From: Bacteroidia bacterium
Lineage (GTDB): Bacteria; Bacteroidota; Bacteroidia; Bacteroidales; VadinHA17
Length of the DNA: 64,000 nt
Reading direction: 5' to 3'
NCBI GenBank assembly: GCA_026391475.1
Contig: JAPLED010000129.1
Span: 95,902 to 159,901, forward strand
The notes beneath the pieces are model-generated. The model did not search any database and was not told the DNA's origin. It saw nothing but the letters and a program-made list of their open reading frames with translations. Below are positions 8,683-19,565 of the stretch, piece by piece. A program made the position numbers and the translations under genes. Position 1 is the first letter of the stretch, and each line of letters starts with the position of its first letter.

Positions 8683-11600
8683 ATGCGGATATTAAAAAAA
8701 ACTCTTAAAGCAATCTTCTGGGTTGTTATAAGCTTTCTGCTTATATTCATTGTTATTAGTATCCTTATCAGAATTCCTGCAATTCAAAAAAAGGTTGCTG
8801 ATTATGCCACTTCTTTTATCAGCACCAAAACCCATACAAGGGTAGATATAAAAAAGATCAGCATATCATTTTTGAAATCTGTTGCTATTGAAGGTCTTTA
8901 TCTGGAAGATATTAAAAAAGATACTTTATTATATGTCGGAGGGACGGATGTAAACATTTCATTTAAAGACCTTTTCCATCATGAGATACATATAATTTCT
9001 TTTGCCCTGGAAAAAGCAAATCTCAATCTGAACCGCACAGAGACAGATTCCCTGTTCAATTATAATTTTCTTTTAACTGCATTTGCCGATACTGCCAGAC
9101 AAGTAAAAACAGAACCTGAAAAAAAATCTAAATGGACATTCAGAATAGATCATGTTATTATAAAAACCAGCCGGTTACATTATAATGATGATTATGGAGG
9201 TATGAATATTTCCGCTGCCCTTAACAATTTAAATTTAAAAATTGATCAGGCAGACCTGGTGCAATCCATTTATAATATTGATGAGTTGTTAATAGAAGGC
9301 TTAAATGCAAATGTTCTGATAAATAAATTCGTAAAAACAAAGGAGAAAAAGTCAGATAGTATTTTACCGCAAATAACAGCAAATAAAGTACAGATCAAGA
9401 ATACAGTTTTAAGTTACGGAGATTCAATCCATAAACAATCTGTTATAACAGATATTAAGTTGTTTAAGTTAAATGAGGCATCAGCCGATTTACAAAATCA
9501 AATAGTAACATCAGATAATTTGTACTTATCAAAAAGTGTAATTCATTACAGTACAAGTGTTCCGGAATTATCATCTGATACATCAGTTGCAGTAACCAAT
9601 ACATCAATGGAAAAAAGTGATTGGAAAGTTTCAGCGAAGAGTATCGATCTGGATGATAATTCAATTGCATACCATGTTGATAATAAACTGAAAATAAAAA
9701 ATACATTTGATCTAAATCACATGGAATATAAGCATTTAACACTTGCAGTAAAGGATTTTTACTATTCATCAGCTAAAACAGAAGCATCGATAAATAAATT
9801 CATAACTATTGATCAGAATAATTTTTCAGTTACAAAATTCGAAACCAGTTTCAGCATGGATCAACATTCCTTAACAGCAAAAAATCTTAAGGTCAAAACC
9901 ACCAATTCATCCATAGATGCTGATTTGAATATTCAATACCCGTCATTAGGGTCATTGAAAGATTCCATACAATTACTGATCCTGAATTTAGACATCAAAA
10001 ATGTGAGTATCAAAAATTCCGATATTCTCTATTTTAATCCTGGGATTACCAATCTGGAATTCTTTAAAAATGCGATGAATATCACAACTGTTTCCGGAAT
10101 TATAAACGGGCCTGTGAATAATCTTACCGGAAAAAACCTGGTAATTAAAACAGGGGTCAATACGGTTTTAAGTACCGATTTTATTGTTGCTGGTTTACCA
10201 AATGTCAAAACTGCCTATTTTAATTTCCCAAATCTTAAGTTTAATTCAGGTAAGAAAGATATATCTATGATAGCCGACTCTTTAATTCCTGAAAACATCG
10301 ATCTTCCTGAAAACATTAATATACAGGTTGTTTTTAAAGGAAAGATAAACTCATTTGAATCAACAATGGACTTGAACAGCAGTTACGGATCCGCTCATCT
10401 TTTTGCCATCATTGATAAGAATGAAAATTTCATAAGCAAAGTAAATATTACAGGTTTTGATCTTGGCAGCTTGTTAAAAAACAAATCAATGTTTGGGCAG
10501 GTATCATTAACTGCAGAAACTGACGGGCATGGTTTAGATAGAGAAAATATAAAGGCAAATATAAAGGCTGAAGTTTCAGATATCTGGCTGAATAAATACA
10601 CTTATCACAAGCTAAACATAGATGGCACTATTACCGGTCAGGAATTCGAAGGAAAAATAAATCTTGATGATGAAAATGCAGCATTTGATTTTAGCGCACT
10701 ACTAAACTTAAATCCGGATCAGGAACAATATAAATTCCATTTAAACCTCCATGGAGCAGACCTTCAAAAACTCAATTTTACAAAGGATGATATACGGATT
10801 GGATTAATCGTGGAATCGGATATAAAAGGCGTATCGGTAAATGAAATAAATGGGAAGGCAGGGATCAGCAACATCATTATTACCCACGAAGGGAAAAATT
10901 ATGTTCTCGATTCCTTAATATTAGAGTTAATAAACGTAAAGGGCCAAAGTGAATTAAATGTCAGCAGTTCGCTTATTGATTTAAAATATAAAGGAACTGT
11001 TTTTCCTACTGAGCTTCCAATAGTACTTGGTAAATTCGTTAATAACTATTTTCCATTTTCAGGTATAGATTCAACCCATCTGAAAAAGAGTAGCGAACTG
11101 CAGGATTTTAATTTTGAGATACAACTTCACAACCATCCCATTCTCTCGGAAGTATTTTTTCCAAAATTAAAAGAATTCTGGCCGGGAAAAATTACGGGAA
11201 GTTTTGATAGTCAGAAAAACATCCTGAAACTAAATGCGACATTGGAAAAAATAGTATATGGGACTACTGAAATTAAAGACGTTGCTGTAGATGTGAATTC
11301 GGATGTGAATGCGTTGAATTTTAAGATTTTTTCCAATAGTATTTCAAGCTCACAAATAAAGTTAGACAATTTTCTGGTTGAAGGGAACCTTGCCAATAAC
11401 ACAATAATCGCAAGTGTATCTTCAATAGATGAAAATAAAAACAAAAAGCTTTTGATTCGTTCTCAGATTATCAGGGATAAAGCTAACTATAAGCTTACCC
11501 TCGATCCAAAAGATTTTTACCTGATGAATAACCGCTGGGACATTGCAGCCGATAATTATATTGAATTCGGAAATCAGGGATTTTTGATCCACCATCTTTT

Positions 11601-13674
11601 TATAAATAAAACAGAAAGTCAGATCAATGTTGCCTCTGTCAATGATCAATTCAATGATGATCTTAACATTGCAGTCAAAAATTTTAAGCTTGATGATATT
11701 TCCGGAATTATTGAAAAAGACACCGGCTTGGTTAAAGGAAAAGTTGATGGCAATGTATTGCTTAAAAGAGTTAATAATACTTACGGATTAATTACAGATG
11801 CCACAATAAGCAACTTATTTATTCGTGAAGTACCAATTGGAAATTTATATATAAAAGCAGAGAACCCAACAACGGAGACATTCAATATTGATGTGAAGTT
11901 ATCAGGAACTGAAAATAATCTTTCAGCTAAAGGTTATTTTGTAACGAAAGGGGACCAGAATCCGGTGAATATAAACGTTTCGATCCAATCTCTTTCTCTG
12001 AAAACCGTGCAAGCTTTTTCGATGGGAGCAATAACGGAAGCTTCAGGAAATCTTTCAGGAAATCTCTTAATTGAAGGAAATATTTCTGCGCCCGATGTTA
12101 CTGGCAAATTTACTTTCAACAATGCTTTAATCAAACCTGCGGCATTAAATAACCCATTGCTTTTAGTAAATGAAACTGTTCAGTTAAAAAAAGATGGAAT
12201 ATATTTTAACTCTTTTAAGATTTTAGATGCAAACCAACACTCTGCTTCAATTGATGGTGTAGTTAATATGGAACATTTCAAAAATTTCGTTTTTTCATTA
12301 AGTGTCAATGCACAGGATTTTTTATTATTCAATACAACAGCAAAGGACAATAATGAATTCTTTGGCAGGATGATTATTGACAGCAAGGTCGATATAAAAG
12401 GACCTCTAAAACTTCCGGTTGTAAATGCAAATTTAAAACTGAAAAAAGGTTCAAACTTTACATTTGCGGTTTCTGAAAAAGAGCTCACCACTGACAAAGG
12501 AGAGGGTGTAGTAGAATTTAATGATTTATCAATTCTTAACCCAATCCTGTATAATAAAAAAGCAAAACAAAGATCAGGTTTAACCGGATTTGATATTTCC
12601 TCAATTGTTGAAATAGATAAACAAGCAACACTCCGGTTATTATTGGATCCTTCTACTACTGATTCATTGGTGGTTAAGGGCGATGCTGCCTTAAGTTTTA
12701 CAATAGACCAAAGCGGGAAAATGAGTCTTACCGGGGCATACAATTTAAATGATGGCAGTTACCTTGTTTCGCTGGAATCCGTAATAAAAAGGAAATTTGA
12801 TATTAAATCAGGAAGTACGATTATTTGGAATGGTGATCCAATGGATGCTGAAGTATCAATTAATGCAACCTATTCAGTTCGTGCTGCACCAATTGATCTG
12901 GTCGCTGATCAAATGTCAGGATTGAGTGAAACCGATAAAAACACATACAAACAGCGTTATCCATTTGTGGTTTTGCTGAAACTGCGGGGAGCGATTTTAC
13001 ATCCGGAAATCAGCTTTGAAATACAATTACTTCCAGAGGATATTGGGATTCTGGGTGGAGCAGTCAATGCAAAACTGAACATGTTAAATGAAGATCCATC
13101 AGCACTAAATAAACAGGTATTTGCTTTACTTGTCTTAGGCAGATTTGTACAGGAGAATCCTTTTAAAACTGAATCGGATGTAGCATCATCAGTTGTACGT
13201 ACAACAGTGGGAAAATTTCTTTCAGCACAATTAAATCAGTGGAGTTCAAAAGTGGTACCGGGAGTGGAATTAAATTTTGATATTCAGTCTTATAACGATT
13301 ATCAATCAGGACAGGCACAAGGGAGAACACAACTTGACATCGGCGTGAAGAAGCAGCTCTTTAATGAACGATTATCAGTTCAGGTCGGAGGTATTGTAGA
13401 TGTAGAAGGAGATAAGGCGAAACAAAACTCTGCAAGTGATATAACAAGTGATGTTACAATAGAATACAAAATTACAAAAGATGGCAGCTTCAGGTTGAAA
13501 GGTTTCAGACATAATCAATATGAAGGTGCCATTGAAGGTCAGTTAGTAGAAACCGGCGCCGGTGTTTTATATGTTCTTGATTTCAATAAATGGAAAGAAT
13601 TCTTTCATTTCTCAAAAAGAAAAAGTGATTCTTCGAAAAAAACGAATAATAATGATACGATCAATCATAAATAG
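8683..13674 (+). CDS. tamB: translocation and assembly module protein TamB (DUF490-type C-terminus)
   Basis: About 1660 aa. Single N-terminal TM anchor (IFWVVISFLLIFIVISILI), long beta-rich repetitive body, conserved C-terminal domain. Followed by an Omp85 gene. The ATG at 8683 is preferred over the TTG at 8677. Confidence 0.8.
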   Translation: MRILKKTLKAIFWVVISFLLIFIVISILIRIPAIQKKVADYATSFISTKTHTRVDIKKISISFLKSVAIEGLYLEDIKKDTLLYVGGTDVNISFKDLFHHEIHIISFALEKANLNLNRTETDSLFNYNFLLTAFADTARQVKTEPEKKSKWTFRIDHVIIKTSRLHYNDDYGGMNISAALNNLNLKIDQADLVQSIYNIDELLIEGLNANVLINKFVKTKEKKSDSILPQITANKVQIKNTVLSYGDSIHKQSVITDIKLFKLNEASADLQNQIVTSDNLYLSKSVIHYSTSVPELSSDTSVAVTNTSMEKSDWKVSAKSIDLDDNSIAYHVDNKLKIKNTFDLNHMEYKHLTLAVKDFYYSSAKTEASINKFITIDQNNFSVTKFETSFSMDQHSLTAKNLKVKTTNSSIDADLNIQYPSLGSLKDSIQLLILNLDIKNVSIKNSDILYFNPGITNLEFFKNAMNITTVSGIINGPVNNLTGKNLVIKTGVNTVLSTDFIVAGLPNVKTAYFNFPNLKFNSGKKDISMIADSLIPENIDLPENINIQVVFKGKINSFESTMDLNSSYGSAHLFAIIDKNENFISKVNITGFDLGSLLKNKSMFGQVSLTAETDGHGLDRENIKANIKAEVSDIWLNKYTYHKLNIDGTITGQEFEGKINLDDENAAFDFSALLNLNPDQEQYKFHLNLHGADLQKLNFTKDDIRIGLIVESDIKGVSVNEINGKAGISNIIITHEGKNYVLDSLILELINVKGQSELNVSSSLIDLKYKGTVFPTELPIVLGKFVNNYFPFSGIDSTHLKKSSELQDFNFEIQLHNHPILSEVFFPKLKEFWPGKITGSFDSQKNILKLNATLEKIVYGTTEIKDVAVDVNSDVNALNFKIFSNSISSSQIKLDNFLVEGNLANNTIIASVSSIDENKNKKLLIRSQIIRDKANYKLTLDPKDFYLMNNRWDIAADNYIEFGNQGFLIHHLFINKTESQINVASVNDQFNDDLNIAVKNFKLDDISGIIEKDTGLVKGKVDGNVLLKRVNNTYGLITDATISNLFIREVPIGNLYIKAENPTTETFNIDVKLSGTENNLSAKGYFVTKGDQNPVNINVSIQSLSLKTVQAFSMGAITEASGNLSGNLLIEGNISAPDVTGKFTFNNALIKPAALNNPLLLVNETVQLKKDGIYFNSFKILDANQHSASIDGVVNMEHFKNFVFSLSVNAQDFLLFNTTAKDNNEFFGRMIIDSKVDIKGPLKLPVVNANLKLKKGSNFTFAVSEKELTTDKGEGVVEFNDLSILNPILYNKKAKQRSGLTGFDISSIVEIDKQATLRLLLDPSTTDSLVVKGDAALSFTIDQSGKMSLTGAYNLNDGSYLVSLESVIKRKFDIKSGSTIIWNGDPMDAEVSINATYSVRAAPIDLVADQMSGLSETDKNTYKQRYPFVVLLKLRGAILHPEISFEIQLLPEDIGILGGAVNAKLNMLNEDPSALNKQVFALLVLGRFVQENPFKTESDVASSVVRTTVGKFLSAQLNQWSSKVVPGVELNFDIQSYNDYQSGQAQGRTQLDIGVKKQLFNERLSVQVGGIVDVEGDKAKQNSASDITSDVTIEYKITKDGSFRLKGFRHNQYEGAIEGQLVETGAGVLYVLDFNKWKEFFHFSKRKSDSSKKTNNNDTINHK

Positions 13675-15961
13675 ATTCTTCCAGATCATTGTTTGTCTGC
13701 TTCTTACAGCATGTAGCGGTACAAAGTATTTGCCATCCGGAGAAAAGCTTTATATCGGAGCGGAAATGAAACTGGAATCAGCAGATCAGATAAAAAACAG
13801 AGAGAAACGATATGTTAAAACAACGGTTAAAAATTCAATACGTCCATTACCTAATAAAACTTTTTTAGGCATGCGCCCAAAATTATGGCTGTATATGGCA
13901 GCAGGAGAAGCTCCAGATAGTAAATTTAAAAAGTGGCTTAAGAAAAGAGGGGAAGCTCCTGTGCTGATAGGGAATATTAAACCTGCCTCCACATCTGCGA
14001 TCATTGATGCTAAACTTTTTAATATTGGAATTTTTAAAAGTTCTACTCAATTCAAAATCGTTGAAAAGGGACACACTTCAAAAGTAATTTACTTAAGCAG
14101 GATTCATGGGCCATATACTGTTAAGGAACTAATCTATTCTATATCAGATGATAGTTTAAGTCAGATTATCCTTACGGAAAAAGAAAAATCTTTAATTAAG
14201 CCCGGCGAAGATTATAATCTGGATCAATTAAAAAACGAAAGGATACGAATAGATAATTTGTTAAAAAACAATGGATACTTCTACTTCAATCCTGATTATT
14301 TGCTTTATAAAGCTGATACCTCAGAAATAAATCATAATGTGACATTCATCCTTACCTTAAAAGACAGCGTTCCTAAAAGCGCATTGACTGCTTATCGAAT
14401 TAATAATGTGTATATAGATCAGAATTATTCTTTAAATGATATGGCCACTGACAGTACTAACCATACATTAAGAACTCAAAATAATATGCTTCCGGGTAAG
14501 GAAACAGGAATGAATATCAAAACAGAAGTACTATTAAGATCGGTTTATCTGAGAAAACATGAAATCTATTCGAGAAAGAATCATATCATCACACTTAACC
14601 GTTTGATGTCAATGGGCAATTTCAAATTCGTGAGCGTAAAATTTTCTGACAGCGATACTTCAGCTGCAGGATTTTTAGATGTAGCTATTTTAATGACACC
14701 AATGACAAAACACACATTCAGTACCGAGATCGATCTAGTTTCAAAATCGAATAATTTTACCGGTCCACGAATAAATTTAAGTTATCTGAATAAAAATACT
14801 TTTAAAGGAGCTGAATTGCTAAAACTAAATATTGCCGGATCATACGAGGCACAATTGAGTGGAAATGGGAATAATTTATATTCTTATTCCTGGAATCCTC
14901 AGATAGAGTTGTATTTCCCACGTTTTCTGGTTCCTTTCAATGTTGGAACAAAAAGTATATATATTCCGAAAACTCGTTTATCACTTTCTTATAACTATTT
15001 GAAAAGGGTCAATTATTTTGATATGCGTATGTTTCAATTCATTTATGGTTTTAATTGGAAAGAAAATATCCTGACAGAACACGAATTAAATCCTATAAAT
15101 GTAAGTTATACGTCTATAGCAAACAAATCAGAAGCATTCACAAAGTTGCTGAATTCCAACCCTTTCCTTAAAAAAAGTTATGAAGAGCAGTTTATAGCAG
15201 GAGCAAGCTATTCGTTCACTTACAATGAACAGGTAGTACCGGAAAAACAGATACAGTACTTTCTTCATTTTACATCAGAGGTTGCCGGAAATACTTTTTC
15301 TTTAGCAAAAGTAATTACCGGGGAGAAAATATCATCTGACAGCCCCTCCAAAGTGGCTGGTTCAATCTATTCACAATATGCAAGATTTAGTTTAGATGGC
15401 CGTGGCTATTACAATTTTACAGGTAAAAACAAATTAGCGGTCAGAGTATTTGCAGGAGTAGCTGTACCTTACGGGAACTCCTCCGCTTTACCTTACACCA
15501 AACAATTTTTCAGTGGCGGTCCTAATAGTATTCGCGCTTTTCATATTAATTCCGTTGGTCCGGGAACTGTTCAACAGAATGCCGATAATAATGGATTTTT
15601 ACAATTAGGAGGCGATATAAAAGTGGAAATGAATGCAGAGTATCGCTTTAATATTTTTCGTTTTTTTAAAGGTGCCTTATTTACAGATGCAGGAAACGTA
15701 TGGTTGTTAAAATCAAACCCTGCAAATACGGGAAGTCCATTTTCCTATTCCGGATTCTATCATGAGCTCGCTGTCGGAGCAGGCATTGGATTAAGAGTTG
15801 ATATTTCCTTTGTCATTTTACGATTCGATCTTGCAACACCATTAAGAAAGCCCTGGCTGGAAGAAAATCACGGGTGGGTAATTAATCAGATAAACTTTGG
15901 AAATACTTCATGGAGAAGGGAGAACCTGATTTTAAATATTGCAATCGGATATCCTTTTTAA
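13652..15961 (+). CDS. Omp85/BamA-family outer membrane protein, lipoprotein-type TamA homologue (TamL-like)
   Basis: Start chosen at MIRSIINRFFQIIVCLLLTACSG (lipobox LTAC). It overlaps the tamB stop by 23 nt. C-terminal surface-antigen beta-barrel ending in an aromatic residue (IGYPF). Confidence 0.75.
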   Translation: MIRSIINRFFQIIVCLLLTACSGTKYLPSGEKLYIGAEMKLESADQIKNREKRYVKTTVKNSIRPLPNKTFLGMRPKLWLYMAAGEAPDSKFKKWLKKRGEAPVLIGNIKPASTSAIIDAKLFNIGIFKSSTQFKIVEKGHTSKVIYLSRIHGPYTVKELIYSISDDSLSQIILTEKEKSLIKPGEDYNLDQLKNERIRIDNLLKNNGYFYFNPDYLLYKADTSEINHNVTFILTLKDSVPKSALTAYRINNVYIDQNYSLNDMATDSTNHTLRTQNNMLPGKETGMNIKTEVLLRSVYLRKHEIYSRKNHIITLNRLMSMGNFKFVSVKFSDSDTSAAGFLDVAILMTPMTKHTFSTEIDLVSKSNNFTGPRINLSYLNKNTFKGAELLKLNIAGSYEAQLSGNGNNLYSYSWNPQIELYFPRFLVPFNVGTKSIYIPKTRLSLSYNYLKRVNYFDMRMFQFIYGFNWKENILTEHELNPINVSYTSIANKSEAFTKLLNSNPFLKKSYEEQFIAGASYSFTYNEQVVPEKQIQYFLHFTSEVAGNTFSLAKVITGEKISSDSPSKVAGSIYSQYARFSLDGRGYYNFTGKNKLAVRVFAGVAVPYGNSSALPYTKQFFSGGPNSIRAFHINSVGPGTVQQNADNNGFLQLGGDIKVEMNAEYRFNIFRFFKGALFTDAGNVWLLKSNPANTGSPFSYSGFYHELAVGAGIGLRVDISFVILRFDLATPLRKPWLEENHGWVINQINFGNTSWRRENLILNIAIGYPF

Positions 15962-15995
15962 ACCTGTCATATTAATATTCCAAAAATTCCTTAAA

Positions 15996-16026
15996 TAAAA
16001 AAAGGGACACACCTTGGCATGTCCCT
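15996..16026 (-). terminator. rho-independent terminator downstream of hppA
   Basis: 7-bp stem agggaca/tgtccct (16003-16009 / 16020-16026), followed on the minus strand by a 7-T run (plus-strand A run 15996-16002). Confidence 0.6.
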
Positions 16027-16052
16027 ATTATATAATCTGATTTTTCTGTTGA

Positions 16053-18350
16053 CTAAAATATACTCCATGCAACAGTAACACCTGCCATTACGACAGCTAC
16101 CATTGACATAAGTTTAATCAGAATATTCATTGACGGGCCGCACGTATCTTTGAACGGATCCCCTACGGTATCTCCAACAATACTTGCTTTATGGCATTCA
16201 CTTTTCTTTCCACCATAATTTCCTCTTTCAATGTACTTTTTAGCATTATCCCATGCACCACCGGCATTATTGAGCATACTGGCAAGAGTAAAACCTGTAG
16301 TCATTCCACCCATTAACAATCCGACAACCCCGGGAACACCAAAAATGATCCCGGTAACAACAGGTACTACGATTGCCATAAGTGCAGGTACAACCATTTC
16401 TTTCTGTGCGCCTTTAGTTGCAATCTCAACACATTTTGCATACTCGGGTCTTCCTGTTCCTTCCATAATACCTGGAATTTCACGGAACTGACGTCTGACC
16501 TCCTCAACCATTACTCCGGCATTCCTTCCGACAGCTTTCATCGCCATTGCAACAAAAACAAAACACATCATTGCTCCTATGAAAAGACCTGCAAGCAATA
16601 TCGGGTTAAAGAGTGAAAGGTTATAGGCTGAAACAAAATCTTTAATTCCGGCATGTGAAACTTCGACTGCGCTTTGGCCTGCCTGAACAACTGCCGGGAC
16701 ATGACTCTTATAAAACAAAACATCACCGATTTGTTTATAACCATCAACACTTTTGTCAGCAAGTCTGCCAAGCCATAGTTTCACTTCCTCCATATATGCA
16801 GCAACAAGAGCCAGGGCAGTAAGAGCAGCTGAACCAATAGCGAAGCCCTTACCTGTAGCAGCTGTTGTGTTTCCAAGCCCGTCAAGGGCATCAGTTCTTT
16901 CTCTGACTTCTTTGGGCAGGTTAGACATTTCAGCATTTCCTCCTGCGTTATCAGCGATTGGTCCAAAAGCATCGGTTGCAAGTGTGATACCTAAAGTTGA
17001 AAGCATACCTACTGCGGCGAAACCGATACCATAAACACCCATAGCAAAGTTGTGGAATCCTCCTGCAAATGCATAAGCAGCAATAATACCCCCAACTATT
17101 GTCAAAACAGGCAGCCAGGTTGAGAACATACCTACTGCCATACCTTCAATAATTACTGTTGCCGGTCCTGTCTGAGATTGTTCTGCGATACCTTGTGTAG
17201 GTTTATAGCCATCAGAAGTATAATATTCTGTAGCCTGCCCGATAATTACACCTGCAACAAGACCTGAGACTGCAGCGCCGAAAACGCCCCACGTAATCCA
17301 ATTTGCTGCGGCCATTACTGCTAATACTACCAGGATAAGAGATGAACTTCCCCCCGTTCCCAGTAAAAGTGCCCTGAGAAGAGTCTTCTGAGAAGCCGAC
17401 TCTTTTGTTCTGACCATATATATTCCGGCAATTGACAATAAAATCCCGATTGCTGAAACCAGCATGGGAGCTATGATAGCTTTAATCTGATAATCATTCT
17501 GTCCTGCTATCATAGGAAGGGCAGCACCAAGTGCAGCAGTTGCCAAAATTGAACCTGCATAAGATTCATAAAGGTCAGCTCCCATACCGGCTACGTCACC
17601 TACATTATCACCAACGTTATCAGCAATAGTTGCCGGGTTACGTGGATCATCTTCAGGAATTCCTGCTTCAACCTTACCAACGAGGTCAGCACCCACATCA
17701 GCAGCTTTTGTAAAGATACCGCCACCAACACGTGCAAAGAGAGCTTGTGTTGAGGCACCCATACCAAAAGTGATCATTGTTGCTGTAATCTCAACAAATT
17801 TCTGGTGCTCATCAATTCCTGCCTGCACAAATGTAAGACCCAAAAAATTAAATCCTGTCGCCATATGTTCCGGAGTAAATACTACTTTAGTCAGGAAAAT
17901 GAACCATGCCGCAATGTCGAGGAGAGCGAATCCTACAACAACAAGTCCCATAACTGCTCCACTACGCAGAGCTACCTGTAATCCCTTGTTGAGTGATTTT
18001 GAAGCAGCCCAGGCTGTCCGGTTGGATGCAAATGTTGCAGTTTTCATTCCAAGAAAACCGCAAAGACCTGAGAAGAAACCTCCGGTCAGGAATGCAACCG
18101 GAACAAATGGGTTCTGAACACCCATATATGCCAGTATGGATAATAATGCAACAAGAACAATAAAAATCTTGCCAACAACCGTGTATTGGCTTTTCAGGTA
18201 GGCCATTGCACCTTCTCTTACATATTCAGCAATCTCTTTCATTTTATCTGTTCCTTCCTCCTGAACTTTCATACCTTTATAAAAGATCCAGGCAAATAAC
18301 AATGCCATGAGTGCTGAGATCGGCACAATCCAGAATAAATTACTAATCAT
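16053..18350 (-). CDS. hppA: membrane-bound ion-translocating pyrophosphatase
   Basis: 765 aa, about 16 TM helices. Signature DNVGDNVGDVAGMGADL and GDTVGDPFKDT. Confidence 0.93.
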   Translation of the reverse strand: MISNLFWIVPISALMALLFAWIFYKGMKVQEEGTDKMKEIAEYVREGAMAYLKSQYTVVGKIFIVLVALLSILAYMGVQNPFVPVAFLTGGFFSGLCGFLGMKTATFASNRTAWAASKSLNKGLQVALRSGAVMGLVVVGFALLDIAAWFIFLTKVVFTPEHMATGFNFLGLTFVQAGIDEHQKFVEITATMITFGMGASTQALFARVGGGIFTKAADVGADLVGKVEAGIPEDDPRNPATIADNVGDNVGDVAGMGADLYESYAGSILATAALGAALPMIAGQNDYQIKAIIAPMLVSAIGILLSIAGIYMVRTKESASQKTLLRALLLGTGGSSSLILVVLAVMAAANWITWGVFGAAVSGLVAGVIIGQATEYYTSDGYKPTQGIAEQSQTGPATVIIEGMAVGMFSTWLPVLTIVGGIIAAYAFAGGFHNFAMGVYGIGFAAVGMLSTLGITLATDAFGPIADNAGGNAEMSNLPKEVRERTDALDGLGNTTAATGKGFAIGSAALTALALVAAYMEEVKLWLGRLADKSVDGYKQIGDVLFYKSHVPAVVQAGQSAVEVSHAGIKDFVSAYNLSLFNPILLAGLFIGAMMCFVFVAMAMKAVGRNAGVMVEEVRRQFREIPGIMEGTGRPEYAKCVEIATKGAQKEMVVPALMAIVVPVVTGIIFGVPGVVGLLMGGMTTGFTLASMLNNAGGAWDNAKKYIERGNYGGKKSECHKASIVGDTVGDPFKDTCGPSMNILIKLMSMVAVVMAGVTVAWSIF

Positions 18351-18407
18351 AATATCTGTTTTTAAATTAAAAATTAATGGTTTTGAAATGAAAAAAAATC
18401 ACCGGTA

Positions 18408-18415
18408 CAAAACTA
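18408..18415 (-). promoter_or_regulatory. TAnnTTTG -7 box upstream of hppA
   Basis: Plus strand caaaacta = minus strand tagttttg, 58 nt upstream of the start. Confidence 0.35.
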
Positions 18416-18566
18416 TATTAGTTTTTTATTAATACAAATGAAAACGAACTATTCTTGAAATAGTTTTATTAAGAAAAAATCTCATAATCTAAACAAGAAT
18501 TATGTTCAAAACCCTCTCTGCCGGGATGTTTTTTTTTAAAAGATCTTTAATATCAAATGAATCCCA

Positions 18567-19331
18567 CTAAATAGCCCTGAAAAAATTGTAATTCAGGTTT
18601 TCCAGTTCTGCCATTTTTGGATAGGGATAATAAGCGATTTCATCTTTTGCTCCCACATAGAATCCGGTGTCAATTGTCCTGTAAAGAAGCTCTCCGGAGA
18701 ATATTCGATGAACTGTTTTCATATGTTTTTCATATTCACCTTTAAGTATCTCAAGGCAGTCTCTCAAATGCCCGATATTGGGATAAGGAAGGTGTTCAGC
18801 AGAACCCGAAAGCGGATTAGTTGCCAATTCACCAAGTTTTAATTCAACAAAGAAAAGTTTGGGAAGAACAATCGGGATTGATCCATCGGTAAGTCTTTTA
18901 AGAAATAATGAAGGAGCAAGGTCACTAGCTACAAGTGGAGTTACCGGGCATAATTCCTGGTACAGATGAAGAGCATTTTTCGGTTCCCCTGTCTTGTCAT
19001 AGACTGCTTTTTTTAATTCAAGAAGGCAACCATGATCAGTAGTGAGATACAGACTTTTAATTGCTGCCACAGGTACAGTTTCCAGCACTTTGTAGACGGA
19101 AAGATAGACAGAGCTTTTCGGGCTGCCATCTGGTTTTGCTACACACCGTTTATTAAGGCTGTCAATGTCTATTAATTTTTCAATCTTACCCAGGTCAACT
19201 TCGAAGAAAATTGCCTGGCTCTTGTTCCGTTTTTTGGTGCCTGTTGACAGATAGAGGCCAAATCCCTCAGGAGGAAGCATTGAAGCTACAAGTGCTTCAG
19301 GATTGCAGGTTAAATAAATGTACTTGCTCAT
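18567..19331 (-). CDS. hypothetical cytoplasmic protein, no family recognised
   Basis: 254-aa ORF with non-repetitive, protein-like composition. No signal peptide or TM segment. Monocistronic between AT-rich spacers. Confidence 0.6.
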   Translation of the reverse strand: MSKYIYLTCNPEALVASMLPPEGFGLYLSTGTKKRNKSQAIFFEVDLGKIEKLIDIDSLNKRCVAKPDGSPKSSVYLSVYKVLETVPVAAIKSLYLTTDHGCLLELKKAVYDKTGEPKNALHLYQELCPVTPLVASDLAPSLFLKRLTDGSIPIVLPKLFFVELKLGELATNPLSGSAEHLPYPNIGHLRDCLEILKGEYEKHMKTVHRIFSGELLYRTIDTGFYVGAKDEIAYYPYPKMAELENLNYNFFRAI

Positions 19332-19505
19332 AGCTTTTCTTATTAATTAAAAGAAGAATGTTTTACTTACAAATTATTCAACAGAAAGATTAAAGTCTAA
19401 CTAATATCAAATTTACGCTAGTTTTTACAATTGTGAAAATGAAATTTTGCTTTTCATTCTTTATTTACTTGTACAGATTTTTACATTTTTCCCCTTTACA
19501 TTTAT

Positions 19506-19513
19506 TACTTTTG
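19506..19513 (+). promoter_or_regulatory. TAnnTTTG -7 box, candidate promoter of the aminotransferase gene
   Basis: tacttttg. Would give a ~150-nt leader containing the heptad hairpin. Confidence 0.35.
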
Positions 19514-19565
19514 TCCAAAATAAGAATTTAGCAGTTTGCAACTAAACAGTATTAATGGTATCAGA

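Noticed and set aside
12180-12743. 187-aa antisense ORF inside tamB, unusually long for an AT-rich genome
   Set aside because: It is fully embedded opposite a very strong sense ORF and has the hydrophobic/Ser-rich composition typical of antisense frames. It has no upstream promoter box or independent context. The same reasoning rejects the antisense ORFs 30076-30588, 38092-38520, 52771-53193 and 61577-62017.
13562-13651. 30-codon N-terminal extension of the Omp85 gene given in the ORF track (start 13562)
   Set aside because: The extension lies entirely inside the tamB coding sequence. It would bury the lipoprotein signal peptide that begins at the Met at 13652.
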